Assembly: GCA_017859785.1 (NCBI GenBank)
Contig: JAFMMJ010000001.1
Span: 9,618-73,617 of the forward strand
Direction of reading: 5' to 3'
From: Ilumatobacteraceae bacterium
Lineage (GTDB): Bacteria > Actinomycetota > Acidimicrobiia > Acidimicrobiales > Ilumatobacteraceae
DNA: 64,000 bases
Under the pieces are notes generated by a model. It saw nothing but the letters and a program-made list of their open reading frames with translations. It ran no database searches and was not told the DNA's origin. This document shows, piece after piece, positions 9,364 through 17,662 of the stretch. The translations under genes were made by a program, and so were the position numbers. Each line of letters begins with the position of its first letter. Positions within the stretch are counted from its first letter, which is position 1.

Positions 9364-10365
9364 GTGAAGTTCCCCCGCTCTCTCCTCCCCATCGGGCTCG
9401 CCGCAGCGGCCCTGTCAGCGACCGCTTGCGGCGGCGATGACCCGGTGACGCTCTACTCCGGGCGCGGAGAAGACCTCGTCCAGCCAGTCGTCGACTCCTG
9501 CGCCGCCTCGACCGGACTTGACATCGAGGTCCGCTATGGCGACTCCGCCGAGATGCTCCTGCTCATCCAGGAAGAAGGCGATAACAGTCCGGCCGATGTC
9601 TACTTCTCGCAGGGAGCCGGCTTTCTCGGCTTGCTCTCCGCCGACGGCGGACTCCTCCCTCTCGACGAGTCGGTGCTCAGCCGCGTGGGTGACGACAACC
9701 TCGTGTCACCGAATCGCGATTGGGTGGGTATCACCGGCCGGGCGCGAACCGTCGCCTACAACTCCGACCGCCTCAGCGCCGACGACCTGCCCGCGTCATT
9801 CGCCGACTTCACCGACCCGGCCTGGGCAGGACGAATCGGATGGGCGCCGACCAACGCGTCCTTCCAAGACCATGTGACCGCGCTCAGAACCCTGCTCGGC
9901 GAGGACGGCGCGCGTACCTGGCTCGAAGACATCATGGCGAACGACCCGATCGCTTACGGCGGCAACACCCAAGTGCTCGAAGCCGTTGCCGCGGGCGAGG
10001 TCGAGGTGGGCTTCGTGAACCACTACTACCTCTACCGATTTCTCGCGGAGGACCCGGATTTCCCGGTCGCCAACCGCTTCTACACCGACGGCGATCCGGG
10101 CGCCCTCGTCAACGTCGCCGGCGCCGGGGTTCTCGCGACCGCCGATGACCCCGATGCCGCATCAACGCTCATTGACTGCCTGCTCTCGGACGCGTCACAG
10201 CGCTACTTCGCCGAGGCCAACTTCGAACTGCCGGTGGTCGACTCCATCGAGCCCTGGTCCGACCTCCCCCGCCTCGACACTCTCACCCTCCCCGCCTTCG
10301 ACCTCAACCGACTCGCGGATCTTCAGGGGACGGTCGACCTGCTGATCGAGGTGGGCGCTCTCTGA
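9364..10365 (+). CDS. iron(III) ABC transporter substrate-binding protein (FbpA/AfuA-like)
   Basis: GTG start, signal peptide ending ...LSATAC (possible lipoprotein), and a periplasmic-binding fold typical of Fe3+ binding proteins. A two-domain permease gene follows. Confidence 0.8.
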   Translation: MKFPRSLLPIGLAAAALSATACGGDDPVTLYSGRGEDLVQPVVDSCAASTGLDIEVRYGDSAEMLLLIQEEGDNSPADVYFSQGAGFLGLLSADGGLLPLDESVLSRVGDDNLVSPNRDWVGITGRARTVAYNSDRLSADDLPASFADFTDPAWAGRIGWAPTNASFQDHVTALRTLLGEDGARTWLEDIMANDPIAYGGNTQVLEAVAAGEVEVGFVNHYYLYRFLAEDPDFPVANRFYTDGDPGALVNVAGAGVLATADDPDAASTLIDCLLSDASQRYFAEANFELPVVDSIEPWSDLPRLDTLTLPAFDLNRLADLQGTVDLLIEVGAL

Positions 10366-10387
10366 GCGCCGCCTACGCTCCCGCCTC

Positions 10388-12016
10388 GTGTCACGCTCCC
10401 GAGAGCATCTGACGCTCCGGCTGCTCGCCAGCCTCGTCGGACTCGCCGCCGCGCTCCCCTTTGGCTACCTCGTTTGGCGGACGAACGAGTACGGCTGGTC
10501 GGGAGCTCTCGACGTCGCGGTGTCCGCCCGGTCGCTCCGCCTCCTCACCTCAACGATCGGCCTCGCCGTCGCGGTCACCGCCTCAGCCGTCGCGATCTCT
10601 CTCCCCGTCGCCTGGCTAACGGTGCGCACCGACCTGCCAGCGCGCCGATTCTGGACGGTGGTGACGGCACTCCCGCTGGCCGTGCCGACCTATGTCGGAG
10701 CGTGGACCGTCATCGGGGCGCTCGGACCCCGCGGCATGCTCGCTGAGATCCTCGGCGTCGGGTCGATTCCCTCGCTGTATGGCTTCTGGGGGGCGTGGGC
10801 GGTGCTGACCCTCTTCTCGTATCCGTACGTGCTGCTCACCGTGCGAGCCGCGTGGAGTCGGCTCGACCCCGCTCTCGAGGAGGCCAGTCGCGTGCTCGGC
10901 CGATCCGGCACCGAGACGTTCATCAGAGTCGTGCTCCCTCAGTTGCGCCCCGCGCTCACCGGTGGATCGCTTCTCGTGGCGCTCTACACCCTGAGCGACT
11001 TCGGCGCCGTAACGATGCTCCGCTACGACACCTTCACCCGCGCCATCTACGTGCAGTACCGAGGCGCGCTAGATCGCGGTGCAGCGGCCGTGCTCGGACT
11101 CATCCTCGTCATCCTCACCATCGTCGTGTTGAGCGGCGAGCAGCGCTTCCGGCGGTCCGAGGTGGTGCACCGCCTGCATGGCGGCGGCGCGCGCACCGCT
11201 CCACTCGTTCGCCTCGGCGCGTGGCGAGCCACGGCGACCATCGGATTGAGCGCGCTCGTCACGCTCTCACTCGTTGTACCGGTGACGGTGATCGCGTATT
11301 GGCTGATCCGCGGCATCCGAGCTGACGAGCCCGTCCTCCCCGGGGTGAATCTCATCGTCAACAGCCTCGGTGTCTCGCTGCTCGCCGCTGTCGCAACCAC
11401 CATCGCCGCGGTGCCGGTCGTGTTGTTCGTGCGGCGCTCCCCCGGGCGTCTCGCCAACGTCGTCGAACGACTCTCATGGTCGGGGTACGCGCTACCGGGC
11501 GTCGTCGTCGCCCTCGCCCTCGTCTTCTTCGGGGCGTCCGTCCTCCCAGTCGCCTATCAGACCATCGGCATGCTCGTGTTCGCCTACGCCGTGCTGTTCC
11601 TTCCCCAAGCGATCGGAGCGGTCCGAGCGTCGCTCGCCCAAGTCACGCCGAGCATCGAGGAGGCGTCGCTCCTGCTCGGCGTGCCGCGACGGGAGACCTT
11701 CCGCCGAGTGCTCCTCCCCCTGCTTCGACCGGGCCTCGGCGCCGGAGCCGGCCTCGTGTTCTTGACCGCGATGAAAGAGCTCCCAGCGACACTGCTCCTC
11801 GCGCCCACCGGCTTCAGCACGCTCGCCACTCGGGTCTGGAATGCGACCAATGAGGGGTTCCTCGGCCGGGCCGCTGGACCAGCGCTCGCTCTCGTCGCCT
11901 TGTCGTCGGTACCGATGGCAGTGTTCCTCGCGCGCAGCGAACTGCGTGCGGAACAGACTGCTCAGACCGCGAACGCGGGCGCTGCCGAGCCGTCCGAGTC
12001 GACGGTCACCGCCTGA
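10388..12016 (+). CDS. iron ABC transporter permease (duplicated-domain FbpB type)
   Basis: 542 aa with two tandem ABC transmembrane permease domains of about 6 helices each. Confidence 0.85.
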   Translation: MSRSREHLTLRLLASLVGLAAALPFGYLVWRTNEYGWSGALDVAVSARSLRLLTSTIGLAVAVTASAVAISLPVAWLTVRTDLPARRFWTVVTALPLAVPTYVGAWTVIGALGPRGMLAEILGVGSIPSLYGFWGAWAVLTLFSYPYVLLTVRAAWSRLDPALEEASRVLGRSGTETFIRVVLPQLRPALTGGSLLVALYTLSDFGAVTMLRYDTFTRAIYVQYRGALDRGAAAVLGLILVILTIVVLSGEQRFRRSEVVHRLHGGGARTAPLVRLGAWRATATIGLSALVTLSLVVPVTVIAYWLIRGIRADEPVLPGVNLIVNSLGVSLLAAVATTIAAVPVVLFVRRSPGRLANVVERLSWSGYALPGVVVALALVFFGASVLPVAYQTIGMLVFAYAVLFLPQAIGAVRASLAQVTPSIEEASLLLGVPRRETFRRVLLPLLRPGLGAGAGLVFLTAMKELPATLLLAPTGFSTLATRVWNATNEGFLGRAAGPALALVALSSVPMAVFLARSELRAEQTAQTANAGAAEPSESTVTA

Positions 12017-13035
12017 CCGCGACTCACCGTCGGCCAACCCGGCGCTCGGCAGGCGAGGCGCGTCCCATCAGAGAGATCGACACGGATCATGTGGTCGTGA
12101 CCGAAGTACTCGATGTTGGTCACCGTGCCGTTTTCGTTCCCCTCGGCCGGGCTGACTCGCAGATGCTCGGGCCGGATGAGCACATCAACCTCACCGCTCA
12201 GAGTGTGCGTCAGCGCGACCGAACCGAGTGCTGTGTCGGCGCGATCTCCTGCCGCGTGACCGCGAACGAAGTTCGCGTCGCCGACGAACGATGCGATCCA
12301 CGCGGAGGCGGGGTCCTCGTAGAGCTCGGCCGGTGAGCCGAACTGCTCAAGGCGACCGTCGTGCATGACCGCTACCCGGTCGCCGAGCACGAACGCCTCC
12401 TCCTGATCGTGAGTGACGAACATCGCGGTGATCCCGAGGTCGGTCAACAGACGATGCACCTCGGCCCGCACCTGGACGCGAAGACCGGTGTCGAGGTTGG
12501 AGAACGGCTCGTCGAGGAGCAACACCGAGGGTCGCGGCGCGAGGGCTCGAGCGAGCGCGACCCGTTGCTGCTGACCGCCGGACAGGGTCGCGGGCATCCG
12601 CTCACCGAGCCCCGCCAGTCCGACCATGTCGAGGGACTCCTCCACCCGGCCACTGCCTCGCGCCGCTCGGTCGAGGCCGTAGCCGACGTTGTCGGCGACG
12701 CTGAGGTGAGGGAAGAGCGCCCAATCCTGGAAGACCATGCCGATACGGCGACGCTCGGGGCGCTCATGGGCGTGGCCATCGGCGACGACGCGACCCTCGA
12801 CCGTGACCGAACCGTGATCGATTCGCTCGAGACCTGCGATGCACCGAAGCAGGGTCGTCTTGCCGCAGCCGCTCGGTCCGAGGAGCGCCACGATCTCGCC
12901 GGGGGCGACATCAAGAGTGACGTCATGGAGCACCGTTGCTCCGCCGAAGGATTTTCCAACGGACTTCACTGAGAGACGGCCGCCGGCATGACCGAGACCA
13001 TCCGAACGCGCGGCGAGCACCTCGGTGTTAGGCAC
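11962..13035 (-). CDS. ABC transporter ATP-binding protein (FbpC/PotA type)
   Basis: Walker A GPSGCGKTT, signature LSGGQQQRV, Walker B LLLDEP and a C-terminal TOBE-like domain. GTG start at 13035. The 3' end overlaps the permease 3' end by 55 nt. Confidence 0.9.
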   Translation of the reverse strand: MPNTEVLAARSDGLGHAGGRLSVKSVGKSFGGATVLHDVTLDVAPGEIVALLGPSGCGKTTLLRCIAGLERIDHGSVTVEGRVVADGHAHERPERRRIGMVFQDWALFPHLSVADNVGYGLDRAARGSGRVEESLDMVGLAGLGERMPATLSGGQQQRVALARALAPRPSVLLLDEPFSNLDTGLRVQVRAEVHRLLTDLGITAMFVTHDQEEAFVLGDRVAVMHDGRLEQFGSPAELYEDPASAWIASFVGDANFVRGHAAGDRADTALGSVALTHTLSGEVDVLIRPEHLRVSPAEGNENGTVTNIEYFGHDHMIRVDLSDGTRLACRAPGWPTVSRGQAVTVDSDGSAAPAFAV

Positions 13036-13295
13036 GCTTCACATGCTACCGGTGCCCTCGGGTCTGGGCCAGCGTCGGCCGCCACAACGCCCCTCCCCCT
13101 GGGTGACACAGAGGATCCGCATCACGCATCCGCATCGACCGCCGAAACCATCGACGGTCGATGAATCCGGCCTGACAGAGTCGTTGTTGCTGGCAGAGGG
13201 ATCCCGCCTTCGACCCCTCTCGAGAGTGAGCGCACCCGAAGCACATCGTCATGTCGCCGCGCCTCATCGATGGCGCGGACCCACAGCCACGAATA

Positions 13296-13314
13296 CCGTA
13301 CACTTGTCCGTACA
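13296..13314 (+). promoter_or_regulatory. direct CCGTACA repeats just upstream of the antitoxin RBS (candidate TA operator)
   Basis: CCGTACA occurs at 13296-13302 and 13308-13314 (12-bp register). The pair ends 7 nt before the AGGAGG at 13321. Confidence 0.35.
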
Positions 13315-13330
13315 GCCAGAAGGAGGCGCC

Positions 13331-13609
13331 ATGGCGGTCAAGACCGAGAGAATCGAGGCACGACTCTCACCGGACGAGCGCGCGCTCATCGAACGGGCCG
13401 CGACCCTCACCGGCCTGTCAACCTCCGCCTTCCTGGTCGGCGCGGCGGTCGATCAGGCGGACCGCGTTCTCTCAGCATCGTGGGTCACCGCCGTGCCGGA
13501 GGACTACTTCGATCAGCTCGTGCAGGCGCTCGACGAGCCGGAGGCGGCGCCGGGGTTGCGAGCGGCCGCTGCGAGTTCGCGTGAACGGCAACGAATCGCC
13601 CGAGGGTGA
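13331..13609 (+). CDS. DUF1778-family (TacA-like) type II antitoxin
   Basis: ORF 13025..13609 trimmed to ATG 13331, which follows AGGAGG (13321-13326). The sequence MAVKTERIEARLSPDERALIERAATLTGLSTSAFLV is the ribbon-helix-helix DUF1778 pattern. Its stop overlaps the toxin start (GTGA). Confidence 0.8.
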   Translation: MAVKTERIEARLSPDERALIERAATLTGLSTSAFLVGAAVDQADRVLSASWVTAVPEDYFDQLVQALDEPEAAPGLRAAAASSRERQRIARG

Positions 13610-14106
13610 GCCTGAGAGTCGAACGCCTCGACCGGCAGTCGCTCGCCGGCTTCTCCTGCGGCAACGACGAGCTTGACGAGTGGCTCGCTCTCCACGCGAC
13701 ACCGGCGACCGGTCATGGCATACGGACCTACCTGCTCATCAACGCAGCCGAACGGGTCGTCGGGTACTTCTCGCTGGCACCCCACCTGTTGAGAAGAGGA
13801 GAGGCGCCGCGACGGCTAACACGAGGAGCGTCAGGGAACATCCCCGCCGTCCTGCTCGCCAAGTTCGCGCTCGACACGACGCTGCACGGCCAGGGCCTCG
13901 GCACCGAACTTCTCGTGCGCGCCCTGGAGACCATCCTTGGCGCCGCCCGGGAGGTCGGGGGACGAGTGATCGTCGTCGACGCGATCGATGCGGCCGCCCG
14001 GTCCTTCTACGAGCGACACGACTTTCAACCACTTCCCGGCGCACCTCACCGCCTCGTCATGAAGATGAGCACCGCAGCGCGAGCACTCAACATCGATTGG
14101 CCATGA
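13606..14106 (+). CDS. GNAT-family acetyltransferase toxin (TacT/AtaT-like)
   Basis: 166 aa with a GNAT acetyl-CoA motif region (LHGQGLGTELLVRAL). The N-terminal FSCGNDELDEWL block is typical of DUF1778-associated GNAT toxins. Confidence 0.8.
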   Translation: MSLRVERLDRQSLAGFSCGNDELDEWLALHATPATGHGIRTYLLINAAERVVGYFSLAPHLLRRGEAPRRLTRGASGNIPAVLLAKFALDTTLHGQGLGTELLVRALETILGAAREVGGRVIVVDAIDAAARSFYERHDFQPLPGAPHRLVMKMSTAARALNIDWP

Positions 14107-14127
14107 ACCACCGGTTGCAGAAAGAGC

Positions 14128-14159
14128 CGAGAGGGGGAGGCCGAAACCTCCCCCTCTCG
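14128..14159. terminator. strong bidirectional terminator hairpin between tacT-like and nrdJ
   Basis: CGAGAGGGGGAGG (14128-14140) pairs perfectly with CCTCCCCCTCTCG (14147-14159), giving a 13-bp stem and a 6-nt loop. Confidence 0.7.
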
Positions 14160-14194
14160 AGAACTCCCGGTCGAGCCGGGTGATGGCCTGGCGC

Positions 14195-17044
14195 TCAGCT
14201 ACAGCCTGAGGTGCTCCCGCACGACGGGCAGGCGTGGCAGGAACCGGCGCGCACCATGTGCACACCGCACTGCATGCACATCGGCGCATCCGAGGGCCGG
14301 AGCGCGCCACGAGCCGGGGTGTTGTCCTCGACCGTCGGCTCGATGGTGCCCGCCTCGAGACCGGCGACCAGGTCGGCGGCCGACGGGACCGTCTTCGGGT
14401 CGGCAACCACCTCAGAGCCCATCGACGACTCGATGACCGACTCTTCAACACCGGGGAGGGTCGGCTGGGTGCGCTCCTCGACGGTGAAGATCCCGAGCTC
14501 GGCGCGCTCGTCGTAGGTCATGTACTCGAGGGCGAGACGACGGAACAGGTAGTCCATGATCGAACCCGCGAAACGCACGTCCGGATCGTCGGTCATGCCG
14601 GCCGGCTCGAACTTCATGTTCACGAACGCCTCGACATAGGCGCGGATCGGCACCCCGTACTGGAGGCCGTAGCTGATCGACTTCGCGAAGGCATCCATGA
14701 TGCCCGCGAGGGTCGAGCCCTGCTTCGAGACGGTGAGGAAGATCTCGCCCGGCTGGCCGTGCTCGTACTCGCCGACGGTGGCGAAGCCCTTGCAATCGGC
14801 GACCCGGAACTCGAAGGTCTTCGAGGTGCGGGTGCGCGGCAGCTTCTGGCGGACGGCGCGGTGCACGACCTTCTCGATCACCTGAGCGGCCATCTCGCCG
14901 GCCGCCTCGACAGCGTCATCGTCGGCGCTCTCCTTCTTGGCGGTGGAGAGCGGCTGAGCAACCTTGCAGTTGTCTCGGTAGATCGCCACCGCCTTCAGGC
15001 CGAGCTCCCAAGAGAGCTGATGCAGTGCCTCGACATCCTCGACCGAGGCCTCCTCGGGCATGTTCACCGTCTTGGAGATCGCACCGGAGAGGAACGGCTG
15101 CACCGCTCCCATCATCCGGACGTGACCCTCGTAGTGGATGGTGTTGTCACCCATCGAGCAGGCGAACACCGGAATGTGCTCGGCAGCGAGATGCGGGGCG
15201 CCGAGGATCGACTTGTTCTCGTCGATGTAGGCGATGATGTCGGCGACCTGCTGGTCGTCGTAGCCCATGCGGGTCAAGGCGCGCGGGATCGTCTGGTTGA
15301 CGATCGACATCGTTCCACCGCCAACCAGCTTCTTCATCTTGACGAGGCCGAGGTCGGGCTCGATGCCGGTGGTGTCGCAGTCCATCATGAGGCCGATGGT
15401 GCCGGTCGGCGCAAGCACCGACGCCTGGCTGTTGCGGACGCCATGGGCGTCGCCGTCGCGCACCGCCGCTTCCCAAGACTGCTGGCCAGCGGCAAGGAGA
15501 TCAGCGGGCACCGCGTCGGCGCCCTCGATCTCGTAGGAGGCGTCGCGATGCATGCCAAGAACTCGGAGCATGTGCTCGGCGTTCTCCTCGAAACCCTCGA
15601 AGGGTCCAAGACGGGCCGAGGTGCGGGCGCTCGTGGCGTAGGCGTGGCCGGTCATCAGCGAGGTGAGGGCAGCAGCCCAGGCGCGACCCTCAGGCGAGTC
15701 GTAGGCGTAGCCGAGGGCCATGAGCAGCGCGCCGAGGTTGGCGTAGCCGAGGCCGAGCTGACGGAACTTGCGGCTGTTCTCGCCGATCTTCTCCGTTGGG
15801 TAGTCGGCGCGGCCGACGAGGATCTCCTGAGCGGTGAAGACCACCTCGACGGTGTGGCGATAGGCGTCCACATCGAAGGTGCCGTCGGTGTCGAGGTACT
15901 TGAGGAGGTTGATCGACGCCAGGTTGCAGGCCGAGTTGTCGATGTGCATGTACTCCGAGCACGGGTTCGAGCCGTTGATGCGGTCGGTGTTCGCAGAGGT
16001 GTGCCAGCGGTTGATCGTGGTGTCGAACTGCAGACCCGGGTCGGCGCACTCCCAGGAGGCCTGAGCGATCTGACGCCACAGGTCGCGGGCGCGCACCGTC
16101 TTGATCACCGAGCCGTCGGTGACCGCGCGAAGACCCCAATCGGCGTCCTCGACCACGGCCTGCATGAACTCGTCGGACACGCGGACCGAGTTGTTGGCGT
16201 TCTGGTACTGGATCGAGAACGAGTCGGCGCCATCAAGGTCCATATCGAAGCCAGCGTCGCGGAGCACGCGCGCCTTGCGCTCCTCCTTGACCTTGCACCA
16301 CACGAACTCCTCGACATCGGGGTGGTCGACGTTGAGGATGACCATCTTGGCCGCGCGACGGGTCTTGCCACCCGACTTGATGGTGCCGGCCGAGGCGTCG
16401 GCACCGCGCATGAAGCTGACCGGACCAGAGGCCGTGCCGCCGCCCTCGAGGAGCTCGGCGCTAGAGCGAATCTTGGAGAGGTTGACGCCGGAGCCGGAGC
16501 CACCCTTGAAGATGACGCCCTCCTCGCGGTACCAGTTGAGGATCGAGTTCATCGTGTCGTCGACCGACAGGATGAAGCAGGCGCTCGCCTGCTGGCGCAC
16601 GCCGGGCACGCCGATGTTGAACCAGACCGGGCTGTTGAAGGCCGCGCGCTGGGTGACGAGGATGTACTTCAGTTCGTCGGAGAAGGCGGTGGCCTCATCC
16701 TCGTCGGCGAAGTAGCCGCCCTCACGACCCCACGTGGTGATCGTGTTGACGACACGGTCGATGACCTGACGGACAGAGGTCTCGCGCTCGGGGGTTCCGA
16801 GGGTGCCGCGGAAGTACTTCTGGGAGACGATGTTGGTGGCGTTCACCGACCACGAGACGGGGAACTCGACATCGAGCTGCTCGAAGGCGACCGAGCCGTC
16901 CTTCCAGTTGGTGATGCGAGCGTCGCGACGCTCCCAGACCACCTCGTCGTAGGGGTTCACCCCAGGCGAACTGAACAGCCTCTTGATGCCGATGGTTCCG
17001 TCCGGTGGGGCGAGGGCTGCGGTCTTCTCGGGTGCCATCGACAT
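14195..17044 (-). CDS. nrdJ: adenosylcobalamin-dependent ribonucleoside-diphosphate reductase (class II)
   Basis: ORF 14195..17209 trimmed to ATG 17044 (AAGGAGA RBS). Class II RNR blocks run throughout, and there is a C-terminal Cys-rich tail (CMQCG...CHACPSCG). Confidence 0.92.
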   Translation of the reverse strand: MSMAPEKTAALAPPDGTIGIKRLFSSPGVNPYDEVVWERRDARITNWKDGSVAFEQLDVEFPVSWSVNATNIVSQKYFRGTLGTPERETSVRQVIDRVVNTITTWGREGGYFADEDEATAFSDELKYILVTQRAAFNSPVWFNIGVPGVRQQASACFILSVDDTMNSILNWYREEGVIFKGGSGSGVNLSKIRSSAELLEGGGTASGPVSFMRGADASAGTIKSGGKTRRAAKMVILNVDHPDVEEFVWCKVKEERKARVLRDAGFDMDLDGADSFSIQYQNANNSVRVSDEFMQAVVEDADWGLRAVTDGSVIKTVRARDLWRQIAQASWECADPGLQFDTTINRWHTSANTDRINGSNPCSEYMHIDNSACNLASINLLKYLDTDGTFDVDAYRHTVEVVFTAQEILVGRADYPTEKIGENSRKFRQLGLGYANLGALLMALGYAYDSPEGRAWAAALTSLMTGHAYATSARTSARLGPFEGFEENAEHMLRVLGMHRDASYEIEGADAVPADLLAAGQQSWEAAVRDGDAHGVRNSQASVLAPTGTIGLMMDCDTTGIEPDLGLVKMKKLVGGGTMSIVNQTIPRALTRMGYDDQQVADIIAYIDENKSILGAPHLAAEHIPVFACSMGDNTIHYEGHVRMMGAVQPFLSGAISKTVNMPEEASVEDVEALHQLSWELGLKAVAIYRDNCKVAQPLSTAKKESADDDAVEAAGEMAAQVIEKVVHRAVRQKLPRTRTSKTFEFRVADCKGFATVGEYEHGQPGEIFLTVSKQGSTLAGIMDAFAKSISYGLQYGVPIRAYVEAFVNMKFEPAGMTDDPDVRFAGSIMDYLFRRLALEYMTYDERAELGIFTVEERTQPTLPGVEESVIESSMGSEVVADPKTVPSAADLVAGLEAGTIEPTVEDNTPARGALRPSDAPMCMQCGVHMVRAGSCHACPSCGSTSGCS

Positions 17045-17203
17045 GTCTTCTCTCCTTGTGATCATTGTCGGTCGAGCGCTGCTCGGACCTGCGGGCGTCC
17101 CGCTCTGTTGTGAGGTCGGACCGACTCCCGTCGGTGCCGTTGTGCGCCCGCGGGGAGCGTTGTGCCTGAGGGCCGGTCTTCCCTGCCGCCGGACCCTGCC
17201 CGG

Positions 17204-17219
17204 ACACAAGATGTGGTGT
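17204..17219. promoter_or_regulatory. NrdR box 1
   Basis: ACACAAGATGTGGTGT fits the NrdR-box consensus acaCwAtATaTwGtgt. It lies about 160 nt upstream of the nrdJ start. Confidence 0.7.
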
Positions 17220-17245
17220 TTCGACCGCTATGCCCCACCCCGGAA

Positions 17246-17261
17246 CCACAACGAGTTGTGT
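17246..17261. promoter_or_regulatory. NrdR box 2
   Basis: CCACAACGAGTTGTGT (dyad ACAAC..GTTGT). Its centre is 42 bp from the centre of box 1, about four helical turns. Confidence 0.65.
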
Positions 17262-17496
17262 CTCCCGGACAGGACTGGCAATTACACCACTGTAGTTACG
17301 ACCCTGTCAACCACCCGCCGAAGAAATCCTGAAACCCATCCCCGCGAGCCCGACGGCGCCCCCGACGATGGACCGCGGTGCCGTGTCACAGGTCCAGAAC
17401 CTCTCGGCTCCAAACCCCTGGAGCGTGATCCAGGGGCTCGTTCCTCCGTGCACGACACCGCGGTCGATCGGTCTGCTCACCCTAGGAACGCCCCCC

Positions 17497-17578
17497 TGTG
17501 GATCGGAAGTGGACAAGTGAAAAAGGGGTGTGGAGAACCAAGAAATCCCGTGGAAAACCCATCAAGATTTGTGGACGG
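17497..17578. promoter_or_regulatory. array of five DnaA-box-like 9-mers, all in the same orientation
   Basis: The five 9-mers are TGTGGATCG (17497), AGTGGACAA (17508), TGTGGAGAA (17529), CGTGGAAAA (17549) and TGTGGACGG (17570). Each matches 7-8 of 9 positions of TGTGGA(T/C)AA. Spacings are 11, 21, 20 and 21 bp. The stretch is locally A-rich. Confidence 0.5.
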
Positions 17579-17662
17579 CCGGAGAAGCGTCGTCTCTCGT
17601 CGATGATCGCAGCTGTTCGTTGGTCTCAACCATCGACCACGAACCTGGAGCATGATCGTGGG

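Noticed and set aside
13027-13036. Second IdeR box at the ATPase gene start
   Set aside because: Only the TGTTAGGCAC half is shared with the 9322 site. The full 19-mer matches about 10 of 19 consensus positions, too weak to call as an operator.
13025-13330. Long N-terminal extension of the antitoxin ORF (194 aa) and the opposing 85-aa ORF 13046..13303
   Set aside because: The extension is Pro/Arg-rich with no homology pattern. The DUF1778 domain starts at the ATG, which has a perfect AGGAGG RBS. The region is better read as non-coding promoter DNA.
14234-17113. 959-aa plus-strand ORF
   Set aside because: It lies entirely antisense to nrdJ, whose class II RNR motifs are unambiguous. The translation is Arg/Gly/Asp/His-rich low-complexity sequence, typical of a GC-rich shadow frame.
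17045-17203. Cobalamin riboswitch in the long nrdJ 5' UTR
   Set aside because: I looked on the coding strand for a B12-box-like core (GCCACTG-type) and the conserved stems and found none. The NrdR boxes explain regulation. A covariance-model scan would be needed for certainty.
17497-17578. Interpretation of the DnaA-box array as the chromosomal origin (oriC)
   Set aside because: There is no dnaA, dnaN, rpmH or gyrB nearby and no AT-rich unwinding element or DnaA-trio-like repeats next to the boxes. The surrounding synteny (nrdJ, nrdR, lexA) is not an origin context.
17498-17662. N-terminal 55 codons of ORF 17498..18388 (MDRKWTSEKGVWRTKKSRGKPIKICGRPEKRR...)
   Set aside because: The Lys-rich, A-rich sequence is atypical for coding DNA in this genome and coincides with the DnaA-box-like array. 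The RibD_C homology starts later.
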